From contig JBPGPT010000003.1 in the NCBI GenBank assembly GCA_051047955.1, positions 744,001-808,000 on the forward strand: 64,000 nt of DNA. The letters run 5' to 3'. The notes beneath the pieces were generated by a model, which saw only the letters and a program-made list of their open reading frames with translations, was not told the origin of the DNA and searched no databases. Positions 17,359 to 28,200 of the stretch are shown in pieces. Every line of letters starts with the position of its first letter. Within the stretch, counting starts at the first letter, position 1. Source of the DNA: Cystobasidiomycetes sp. EMM_F5. Lineage: Eukaryota. A program made the translations under genes and the position numbers.

Positions 17359-17878
17359 CGTGGACGAGAAACACAGAATGAAAAGAAGTTAGCAAATCTA
17401 AGGAAGGTGAAGACAGTAAATAGACACTGGCGAGAGCGTTTGCTGCGGTGTCCATTGTTACTGTACCGTGGGTGAAAGCTGTCCTTTACGACAAAAGACA
17501 TCGGCATCCTTACGACGTCTCACCGTGAAGGAGCCGAGCGTAAGAACCGCACCGGGCCGGAACCGCATTAGTAAGTTACAATATCTGCGAGATTTTCAGC
17601 GTTATTCAGCCCGAGATTTGGACAGCCCAAGATTTGAGATTGATGTAAGCAATTCAGTTTTTTTATGCAAAATGACTCAGTCACTTAGCACGTTGTCAGG
17701 ATCAACTGGAACGGGAAAGGACAATGGGGTTGAAACCGGATAAACAATATTCGACGGATCAAAAATCAAGGAGACTTGCGAATTGCCATCAAGGCTGCCA
17801 GCAAGCAACGTGATCTGAAAGATAGTGGTGATTGTCACAATGCTGAGTGATAATCGGTGGAAGATCTACCTATTGTAT

Positions 17879-18711
17879 TCAGTGCAATCTGGCAGGTGCT
17901 GCAGTGCGCTTGGGTAGCATTGCAGAAGGCGCACTCCGAGCGCGCTTAGCAAGGGCCTCGTCTTGACGCTGCTGTACGGCGCGCCCCTTTAGCTCTTCTC
18001 TACCACCTGGAAGCGAACGCTTTGCGTTTCCACCAACGGCAGTACTGACAAAGTACGCCCAGCTGTTGCATTGACCAGCGTTGCCGCCGGTGGCAGACAC
18101 GGATGTGATGGAGGCAGAAAGAGTCGTTCGTTTGAACTGTCCATTCTCATTGCCTTGCCAATCGAACAGGGTGCATGGCGCGGTCGCAGCGTCCGTGAAT
18201 TTGCAATCAAGCATGTCTAAGCCGTTGCCTTAGTAAAGTTTCCAGAATGTAGCACTGGCAAGCCAAGCTCACCAAGCATCTCTACAGGATACCCTGACTT
18301 ATCCACTATGGCCAGGGCTTCCGTCATATAGGTTGTCTTGCCCTGTGTTTGATAAAAGACCATATCTGAGGCAAGATCTCGTAAGCTTTGTTCGCTGAGA
18401 AGACGTTTAAGGGGCTCAGCATTACCTCCTAGCAATGCAGGTGCCGTGGCATTTGCAGATAACATTGCAGTACCCCACATGATTGCAGCGGTCGTACCAC
18501 CTATTACAAACCCTGCTTTGTTCTGTAGATCATCCGGATTGATGATGAATTGTCCGGCTGGACGCCAGTAACTGATCATTGCTGCGGACGTTGCGGATGT
18601 TGTAGACGTTGTGGATGTAGCCGAGGTTACAGATCGTCGTTCTGGGCCAATCTTGGTGGCAGCCGCCAAGAGACCATAAGAAAGAAGTATGATAGGAAGC
18701 GTGCAGAGCAT
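17879..18711 (-). CDS. Secreted protein, array member D (unknown family), 2 introns
   Basis: Signal peptide MLCTLPIILLSYGLLAAA; RR site; ISYWRPAGQFIINPDDLQNKAGFV; EMLG|DMLDCKFTDAATAPCTLFDWQG; tail ...LAKRARSAP...PKRTAAPARLH*. Confidence 0.85.
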
Positions 18712-19334
18712 ACCGGACGGCCGAGTGCGGAAGGTGAAAAGAATGTAGTAACTTAAGATATGGCTGGCTCGCGTACCTGTCTCAGGCTGTTGATCTGAAG
18801 CAAGCCGTGGCTCCCTGACAATCCGTCACACTGTACGGAAACGGGGCAGGCTGTGAAAAAGCAGTGGAAGAGATCCGCAACGGTGACACAGGGCCGGCTC
18901 GGTACCACCGGGACGTCCACGGTCATTCGCATATGCTGACGAGAATCTCACAGAGTCGAATCTTCTTGTGTTATCGAGCCAGAAGTTTCGACTCGATGGT
19001 AGCGTCGGCTTTATTAGGACTGTATATGCAGTGTCAAGTGGGAGCAAGACAACGATAGCCGTGCTTGCCGACGACTGTCTCCGGAGCACCTGGTGCGATA
19101 CTGTTGGACAACTTTGAGGACAATAGCTGCAATGCCCAAGCAGACTAGTCACAGTGGTTATGTAGTGGCACAGACTGGTGGGTTCTTTAGATTGGAAGAA
19201 TGAGAGAATGAGCATCGCATGACGATGATCGGTACTCTGCAATTGCTTATAGCAATGTAACGCTGCCAATCGGATCTACGTGTGCGCACACTGAAGGATT
19301 CTATTCAGGTTCGCATGTTCAGTCTGTAAATACG

Positions 19335-20303
19335 TCAGACCGCTTCTGTTGACAGGGCCCTATTGTGCAGCTTCTGCCATGAGCCTGAAGATGTACCTAT
19401 AACAGATCCAGTTGCACTTGAAGCCACTGACATACCGGTTGCCGAAGATGTGCCTGTTGTGACAGATCCAGTTGCAGTCGATGCGATTGATGTACCCGTT
19501 GTATTTGAGCATGCAGAACTCTCTGCGCCGCCGCTTTGCTGTCCGCCTTGGACAGTTTCCACCTGTACTCGCATGACACCGGCTGCCCATTGAGCAAGAT
19601 CAGCTGGAGCTGCATCGGCCTGTTGGACTGGAATAGCAGAAGACTGTCCCGCGATTGTTGCTGAATATGTGGCCTGAGTGTCGGTGCCATCATAGTCGAC
19701 CATTATACAAAGTCCTGCAGCTACCTCGTGAGTGTTGCATGCGATGAGATCTAGTGATTCACACCGCAATCAGTAAGTAGGGACAGCAAAGCGAGATCAA
19801 AGGTCGAGCTTACCGAACAGTTCTCCCTGCTGGCCGCCAGGACCGATGATGCCGATAGCTTCTGCAGCTACATCCTGCTGCAGAACCATTACATCACCTA
19901 CGGTAGCGACCGTGTTGATGGGGTTGCCATTCTTGCCTTTGCCCTGAATCGTCATGACACGTTCGCCAGCGAGCGTAGTCGCAACGCCGCCGGTGCCAAG
20001 AACGTACCAGGTAACATCTGGCCCAATGTCGATGAAGGGTGCCACGGTGGAGTCGAAAGCTTGACGCTGCGGGCGCACCCAGCCGGTGACGAAAGATCCA
20101 GCTGTGGCCGCCTGTGTCGTACTGGCCATCACCATTTCAGAGCGGTCTAAAGACCTTAGCACATCAGTGTCGGCAGTAAATAGCAGACTAAATTACCCAC
20201 GCGCTAAACGATGGGATGCAGACGTCTTGGAGGGCAAAGGGGCAGCATTGACATATTGCCGCAGTAGGATAAAAGTGGAGAGGATGTGCGGAAGACGTGT
20301 CAT
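19335..20303 (-). CDS. Secreted protein, array member E, with Ser/Thr-rich tail
   Basis: First exon MTRLPHILSTFILLRQYVNA-APLP (ATG 20303); VTGWVRP; EAIGIIGPGGQQGELFG|DLIACNTHEVAAGLCIMVDYDG aligns with C and D. The 3' end is uncertain (possible further intron). Confidence 0.75.
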
Positions 20304-20897
20304 GTTCTGATCTGATCTATTTATCGCGGACGCGCCGTAGTGACAAGCCTTGAGTTAGTGAAAAACGCCAAAGATCCGTTCCAGACGGATGACAGTGCGG
20401 GGGCGAATGGCAGAAGCAGAGCTGCCGTGGAGTGGACTATGCAGATCGATAAGGCGAGTGAATATTGACCGAGTTAGCTTGAGCAGGCCCCATCCACGAT
20501 TCCCTGCTGACATCGACCGCATAACAGCGGGGTTTCGGGGGATAGCACCGCAGCCGTGTACAGCGGTGCTCAACATCCCGGACACGGACCGTAGACGACA
20601 ATGGCAAGACGGACGTCTGCATCGTATCGAGGGGTTGTTTCTTCGCTGTCTTGTTTGTCGTTAGGCTGTTTCGACGTTGTTGGCCAGGTCGGCTCGTCGT
20701 GTCTTGACGTTGCTGCTGCATGATGCAAACAAGCGTGTAATTAGCTAAACGAGTACTCATCCGCTCCAATCAATCAGTCGGGCTGCGCACATCGAAATAC
20801 CAAGATTCGTCAATTGCTTTATCGTACTCTGCGCACTCACTCGTTGCATCTGTCGACGACGACGACGACACCTTGCTCACTCTGGACATCCACGAGC

Positions 20898-21634
20898 ATG
20901 TCTGATCCAGTACTAGCTAAATCAGCATGGCTCAGCTCGTACATGTCGCAGCACGCCGACACGCTAGTCGCGTACGTTTTGCAGCACTTGCAAGCCAAGG
21001 CCAGCAATGGCAAAGGTCGAGGCGTCCAGGCGAGCGACATCAAGAACATCAAGATGACGCAAATATCGTCACAGAGCATGAAGATTGAGTACTCCGATGC
21101 AAGCGATGGCGGCAAGGTCAAGAATGTCGAGATTGCATTTGACCCACCGCTCGATGGCTTTGAGGAAGTACGGCCGCGACTGTTGCAGATGAAGAATGAC
21201 GCAGAAGAAGCGATTGGAATGGTCAAACGCCCTGTAATATCTACTTATCGCCTGCCAAGAGCACGAAGGACCATACCTATCGTTATCGCTATCCTCTTTT
21301 GGGTGGGATGCGCGTTGCAAGAAAACGACAATGGCTTCTTCGGCAGGATCCGCAACCTCACAGGCGGATATTCGACCGTAGAGTACACTGGCTACTTCAT
21401 GGTGAGCGAACTCGACATGACTGGATGCTGTTCCTATGCTGAAATTGTGGCCAGGTTGCGGTGCACACAGCTGAAGCAGCCTATCAATTCTTGAATTGCC
21501 TGAAATACTCTACACCATTCTTCCAAACCGTGATGTGGGTCCTAACGACTTTTCTCGTTGGATTCCCCGCTCTTTCCGAATTTCGAAACTTGGTCCGCGA
21601 GGCCAAAGTCGCCAGTGTCAGCAAAACGAAGTGA
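20898..21634 (+). CDS. DUF2470-like domain membrane protein
   Basis: YMSQHADTLVAYV...IAFDPPL.GFEEVRPRLLQMK pattern followed by hydrophobic segments; one intron (~21402-21454); second exon VAVHTAEA...GFPALSEFR...TK*. Confidence 0.7.
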
Positions 21635-21721
21635 TGAGCAGTCAGGGCTATAGACGCAGATACAATGCGAATGGATGCACAGAACCAGCCGTCTCGACAG
21701 TACAGAGCTTGCCTACGACAA

Positions 21722-23348
21722 TTATGTCAAGATGGCAAGACGCACTTCTCTGCTATTATACACTTGCGTGAGCGCCCACAGCATGGTCAAGAACGAGCAC
21801 GCTGCAATCGGCAACACAGTCTGTCGGATGACTTGACTACTCTGTAGACCCCTCGGCGGTACTAGCCGGCGATCGAATGCATATGAAGGGGATATTGGCG
21901 ATAGGAGATTGTCCTCTGGTGGATGTTGCGCAGCGTTGACGGTAGCACGTAGCCGCAGAGCATTAGCCCATTCTGCTGTGTGGGAGCTGGCACCTGAAAC
22001 GTGAAGGAAGCGGAGATTGGATGTAACCCTATCAGGATGGATTGCATATTCAGCCTGGGATGCTGCAACATCTGTACATGAGACTGACCAGATCTGCACA
22101 GTATTACTGATTGCTGATGTCAAAGCACAGACCATCCAAGCGGGAAGCTGCAAGTCTTCATTGCCAAAAAATTTGTTTACTGTAAAATGCGTAAGAGGCC
22201 AGCAGATGACTTGCAGAGAGACCTAAGCATGGCGAAGGATGAGAACGGAAGACTCGATTGAGAGCCAAATTCTCACCAGACGGATTATCGCGGCGGGTAA
22301 AGGATAGTAAACAAGCCATCGACGTGTCAGACCGCGAGCCATCGAGTGGCAGTAGTTTCCAGACAGGATTGCCCACATTGCGCTGAGAAGCCACTCAAAA
22401 CGTCGGGAAATCGCAACATCGGTCACATAGCTGCCGTTTCGGGATGTCGCCCTGTACCAATACAGGGATTGCGGTAATGGAAACACGGCTCGAAATACGC
22501 AGTATGCGGCGCCTGTGGAGGCCGGAACAAGAGATAGAAGCTGCAAGCTTACGAGCAGTACCTGCAGTACATACGGAGACAAGCTCTCCGCGTCATCAAT
22601 CGCATGAGGTGGAGATCCGGTGTCGTGATTTGCATTGTTTTCAACAGTAGGATGTTGGGTGCTTGGGAAACGCGGGGGTACCTGTGAATTGAGTCTGCTG
22701 CCTTTGTCGGCACTATTGATCACCGAGTCTGCTGCTCTGTGGCCGCTTTCCCCTCGGAATTTGTCGACGTGCGAGAGTGCATCTGCAGATATATTGCCAG
22801 GGTTCGAGACTGTCTGATTTTGTAAGGAAGGGACTTGTTCGGTCTTTGACTTTAACTTGTAGAGACGGGACGGCACCACTGTAGCATCGCTCGAGTCCGA
22901 CAGAGAACGCTCTCTGAAACGGGGACGAAGTGTGCCCATCTCTCGGAAACGGTATGAGGAATATGAGCCATTATTTGCGATGTCGTCTTCGTTCAGCTGG
23001 GGCAGAAGTATCAAGGGCTCTGCATTGCCGTCACCCTCTTCATGCTGTACCGACGAAGCTGCCCGTTGCTGTCGGTGCGACAGTCCTCTCAAGCTTGTAG
23101 CAGAAGCTGAGCGAATTGGCGCCAGATTGGCGTATTTGGGTCGGCAGTGATAGCAGCTTTCATTGACTCGTCAGCAGTCCTAGTTCTTGCATGCTACAAA
23201 CGCTTTTGCCAGTCGATTGCAGAAAGAGCCGTCCAAATTGTTCTGGACCTGACCTTGGGAAAACGAAGTCACTTGTCTTATTTGCAACCTCTGCTCTGGC
23301 GGCCCCACCTGAAGCTAACCCATTTCTACACTGCCGTATACCGTCCAT
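21722..23348 (-). CDS. EOS1: ER membrane protein Eos1 (N-glycosylation/oxidative stress family)
   Basis: LSAMWAILSG...GLTRRWLVYYPLPAAIIRL, LPAWMV, QIW|VTSNL, VLPIAACSFLTML. The 5' exon and start are uncertain. Confidence 0.75.
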
Positions 23349-23374
23349 TAGAATTAAGCCTTTCACCTCGCGTA

Positions 23375-24473
23375 ATGCAGGGCAATTCGGAGGCGAACAC
23401 ATCAACGTCAGGCCACAGCAACAAACCCAAAGTGGAGACACAAAGCCCGCTACTAGCTCTGATTCACGATCCACAACGAGCAGTGCTCATCAAGCAAGGC
23501 GCAGAAGCAGTGAGGCTTCGTGTCGCCTAATCGCAGAAGGAAATCAACTGATATGGCACCCTGAATCAAGAAAGTCTATAAAATAACGAATCTCTTTACT
23601 GCATCTCCTTCTTCGACCTCACCTCCGTACTCGTCTCCGCCTTTTCTGCTCAAACATCGCTTCCCAAAGACGTACCGTCATCGTGTGCTGGATGCGCAAT
23701 TGACCAAGTCTCGAATATCCCATGAAGCAAAATGTTTGGCGAAGTGCAAGAAAGCAGGAGTGGATGTTCCTGCCATACGTGCAGTAGACGTACAATCGGG
23801 CATACTGCTACTCGAATGGATCGACGGACCGGGAAGTGTACGCGAAGTGTTGGGAGGTTTGCCGGAAGATGGAGATGATATTGATCATCACGACGGCGAT
23901 GATGACGTATATGATGCGGATCTGGGTGATGGTATCGATGAGCTGTCACAACGACTGACTCGGTTGGGCTTGAGCAAATGTAATACCACATCCTGCATTG
24001 CGCTATGATGGCTGACACATGCTTGCAGACGCCATAATGGAATCCATTGGCAAAGCAATCGGCAGAATGCATCGAGAAAATGTCATTCATGGCGACCTGA
24101 CAACCTCAAACATGCTTCTCCGATGGCATTTGGCGGATACAGATGATAAAGCCAGCATAGTCATCATCGACTTTGGTCTGTCCTATGTCTCTGCTCTGGC
24201 GGAAGACAAGGCTGTCGATCTGTACGTTCTTGAGCGGGCGTTGGCGAGTACCCATCCGGAACCGGATGACACGCCCAAGCCACAACGCAATATAGAGCGT
24301 ATCCTCGAATCTTATGCTGCCGAGATTGGTGCGAATGATTGGGAGCGCGTTGAACGAAGGCTCAAAGATGGTGCGTTACTGCCTGTTTGCAATGTCTGTT
24401 TTCCGCCTGACATTGGATCCTGTCGCGCGTCAAAGTCAGGCTTAGGGGGCGCAAACGGAGCATGGTTGGATAG
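23375..24473 (+). CDS. BUD32: KEOPS/EKC complex atypical kinase Bud32 (TP53RK)
   Basis: LIKQGAEA, LLKHRFPKTYRH, IHGDLTTSNML, IDFGLS, EDKAVDLYVLERA, C-terminal VRLRGRKRSMVG*. Confidence 0.95.
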
Positions 24474-25290
24474 GTGCGGTTATAGACGGTTTGCGGTGCA
24501 GAGAAGTAGGTCAGTAAGCTGGGTGCCGCCCTATACATCCGAACCCCTTGCGATCGGAATTGGAGGCAGCATGCTAGCGCTGCCCGGTCAATGTTGTCTC
24601 CACCACAATCGTGATATCGAATACGGACTCCGAGCCACTCTGCGGATCCGAGCTTGCACCCACTTTGCACATTGCAGCCCAATCCGCGCACTGTCTCAGT
24701 TCGAGGCGTTACCGACAACACAGCGTCATCCGGGGTCCGTATACGGTACACCTTGAACAAAGGGCAGCCGCAATAGCAACCGAGCAGCATCTTGGCCACG
24801 CTTGAGAACCAGCTCCGTGCTCAACTGTGCTCTGTCCCGCCTCGCAGTGCCCGTCCTGCCAGCCCCACCAGCCGTTTCATTTCGGTGTCCGACAATTCTA
24901 CCTCGCAACTCCGCGCTCAGATCTCAACGACGTGAACTGCGACAGTGCTCAAGTTTAGTACTATCTGCTTGGACACACACTGCTCCACGACTGTCGAGCT
25001 TGTTGGCACTTTTTGCGCTCAGGCCGGTAACCCCTTCAGACCAACACAAGCCCTCCAGGAGCAGCAATCTTGCTCGAATATAAAATAACCAATCTTTCTC
25101 TCTTCCTGGCTTGGCTTTACTCCATCCGTTTCTTGCAAAGGGCTCGCTTGGATAGCGAGACGTCGAGAAACACCCGTTGTTGTTTACTATCACGAGAGGT
25201 ATACTTGGGCTTTGAAACGTTACTGGCCAGACATAGAGCTGATATCGTCTCAAATCCGCACCGTCAGTACATCCACTCTGATCACTCATC

Positions 25291-28200
25291 ATGGAGATCG
25301 ACAATCTTGCAGTCACTTTGGAGCGGAGGACTGGCTTTGGCAGGTAAGACTGTCGTCACTTTCGACTTCCGCCTTCTCCCAATCCCTTCTAACCACTCAA
25401 TCTTCGTCTGCTTTGTTTGTCCTGCTCTGTCAAACGTAGCCGTGGCCAGGCAATACAAGTCATGTCCAATTGCTTCAAAGTCAAGAGTATGCCAAAAGAC
25501 ATAGTCAGTCTCGAACAACCTAGACATTGAACATGTTCACTCTAATACCCGCGTTCTTCACCTCTCACACAGGTCCAAATGTATGATGTACGTACTCTGC
25601 AGTATTCCCCCGTTCGCCCAGATAGATTGACGGGCTTGCTGTCATCCTCCGCTGCCCGCTTTGCCATGTCTGGACACAGGTCTCCTTCTCCGATGATCGT
25701 GTTAAAGAGAAGCGTATCATTATCAAGTACTGTCTGGACGTCCAGAGGATTATGGGTCCCGCTGGTGCAGGGGCAGTTTACGATGGTACGTTGATCACTT
25801 TGGTCCGCTCAACGTTTCTCACCTGACGTTGCTATGGCTGCATCAGGAAACAAGATTCTTTACGTTCCAGGCGCAGTGATACCAGAAATCAACCACTCTT
25901 TATCGGAGTCGGTTGCCCGCGGCAGACCGCCACGACAAGGACAAGAGCCCACCAAGAATCTGACAATCACTGTAAGTCAGCAAGCGCGTGCTGTACACTC
26001 TCTACTACTGTCTGACTCTAACGCGTGCCTTTTCTGCAGATCAAGCATGCAAGACCGGTGGATATTGGCAAGCTGGCAGCTTTCATGGCCGGTCAAGGCG
26101 CGAACGACGAAAGGTAGGTCGTCTGTACCACCACTTTTAGGCCACGGCTGAACGAGAGGACAGTGTACAAGATGCCGTTAACGGTAGGGCAAAAATGCTT
26201 GCAGGTTTCTCCCACGTTATTCTGACTTTGACCTGATTGCTGCAGCGCTAAACATTGCATTGCGAATGGATCCATTTTCCGCACATCCTTCACGGGTAAT
26301 CTCTCTTCCTTTGTAAAGTCGTACCGAAGATGCCTGCCTGACATGCGCATAGAAACAATCTTTCTACCCCAGACCGGATCCTAAGGACACTTCCCAGTAC
26401 CGTTTACTATCGGGCGCCCTGGAAGTATGGGTAGGATACTTCCTGTCGATAAGGCCGTAAGTCATGAGCTGCTTCACCTGTTTTCCAGACGCTGACATCC
26501 TTGTTGGAAGTGGGATCGGCAATATGATCATGAATTTCGATCGCGTTGCGGGCACATTCAAGCAGGGCGGAGATCCGGTGGCAGTACTTCTCAGGCTTAC
26601 CGGCCGCAAGGATCCTCGTGATTTATATCTGGGTCGTGCGCCCGGAGACGTTCGAGTCGGCGTGCTCCGCTTCTTGAAGGGTTTGACAGTAGCATTCCGC
26701 TTTGGCCGCCCCGACGCAGTATAGTGAGTTTCTCACCGTTTGATTACCAAATAGATGGCTGACGTGGCCAAATGACAGCAAAATCCGCAAGGCGTCCAAG
26801 GAGTCTGCAGATGAATTCAAATTTGAGACTGAGCCAGGAGTACAAACCAATGTCCGGGTGAGTATATCTCTCACTCTTGCTTGTGTATGATCCGAATGCG
26901 TGCTGATGCACCTATAATGTAGGAATATATCGAGAAAAAGTACCAAATACGTTTACAACATCCGCATTTGCCCTGCGTCCAGCTGACCAAAATCGCCTGG
27001 TCAGTTGATTGTTCCCATGAGTACCTACGGTCATCTCATTGTCCCCGACAGGTATCCTCTCGAGCTAGTTCGCATACTGCCCGGGACCCAATTTTTCGGC
27101 AAGCTGAAAGCCGATCAAATTAATGAGATGTTAAAATGTAAGTGAAGCGATTGTGCCAAGCTTGGCGCAGGTCTGACAGGTCGCTAGTCACCACGTTGAG
27201 TCCGCAACATAAACTTGCGTCGCTCCGGTCCGGACTCCAGAAATTGGCCTTGCAAAATTCCTCGCCCACGTTGAACGCCTGGAATCTCAACGTCGAAGAT
27301 CATCCCATGAGAGTCGCGGCTCGCCTGCTGCCACCGCCAACTGTCACCTATGGAGGGTAAGTAGCACTGCATGTGTATGTTTGGATCTTAACGATGATTG
27401 CTTTACAGTGCGGCCGTACACATGCCACAACCCGGTGCCTGGGATGTGCGTGACAAGCGGATGACACGGCCCGCAGAGACCATCAAACAGTGGGCAGTTG
27501 TTATATTTGCAGTGAGTTGCCGTTTACCGTGTCTTCTGGCGAAGCAATTGCATGCTAATCCATCTGCCCGCCAGGAAACTCGGGAGTAAGAGGATCATGT
27601 GTCCTTGATAGCATCGCTACCACACTGACGCGTCTTTGAACCAGTTTTCCCTTGGAGGCTGCTCAACAATCCATCACCAACCTGGTCAAAGCTTGCCGTA
27701 ATTATGGCATCAATTTCATGGTCGATCGACCAACTATTACCCACGTTGGTCATCAGCTGGGCCCGGACGTCCGCAAAGCTCTCGTGGACTGCTGCAAAAA
27801 GGCTGGCTTTGGTCGCGACAATCCGCCTCAGCTAGTCGTGACTTATGTAAGTAATGAGGCACTGAGCGTCCAATCTGCCTAACCTACTTTGAATATAGGT
27901 ACGAGACAAGACGTCTCCCCAATACTCGTACATTAAGCATACCGGCGATGTGGCCCTGGGTTTTGCAACCCAAAACATGCTCATCCAGAAGATGCAGAAG
28001 GCTGGCGCGCAATATTACGCAAATGTCGCGCTCAAGATCAATGTCAAGCTCTCTGGGACCAATCAGTCTATTCAAGGCGGTCTTCCAGGTTTCCTGAAGA
28101 CGCCGACAATGGTCTTTGGCGCGGAGTGAGTCGATAACCGCAGACCTCAGCATGCATCGCTTACCACAAGCCACGCCATTGTAGTGTAACTCATCCTGCT

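Noticed and set aside
16444..17895. ARM/ARL near the C-termini of C and D as peroxisomal PTS1 signals
   Set aside because: Each is followed by one more residue (ARMS*, ARLH*) and both proteins have signal peptides.
24500..25290. Short ORFs between BUD32 and Argonaute as an RNAi accessory gene
   Set aside because: No ATG-initiated frame with coding character or a consistent splice model; more likely promoter or UTR.
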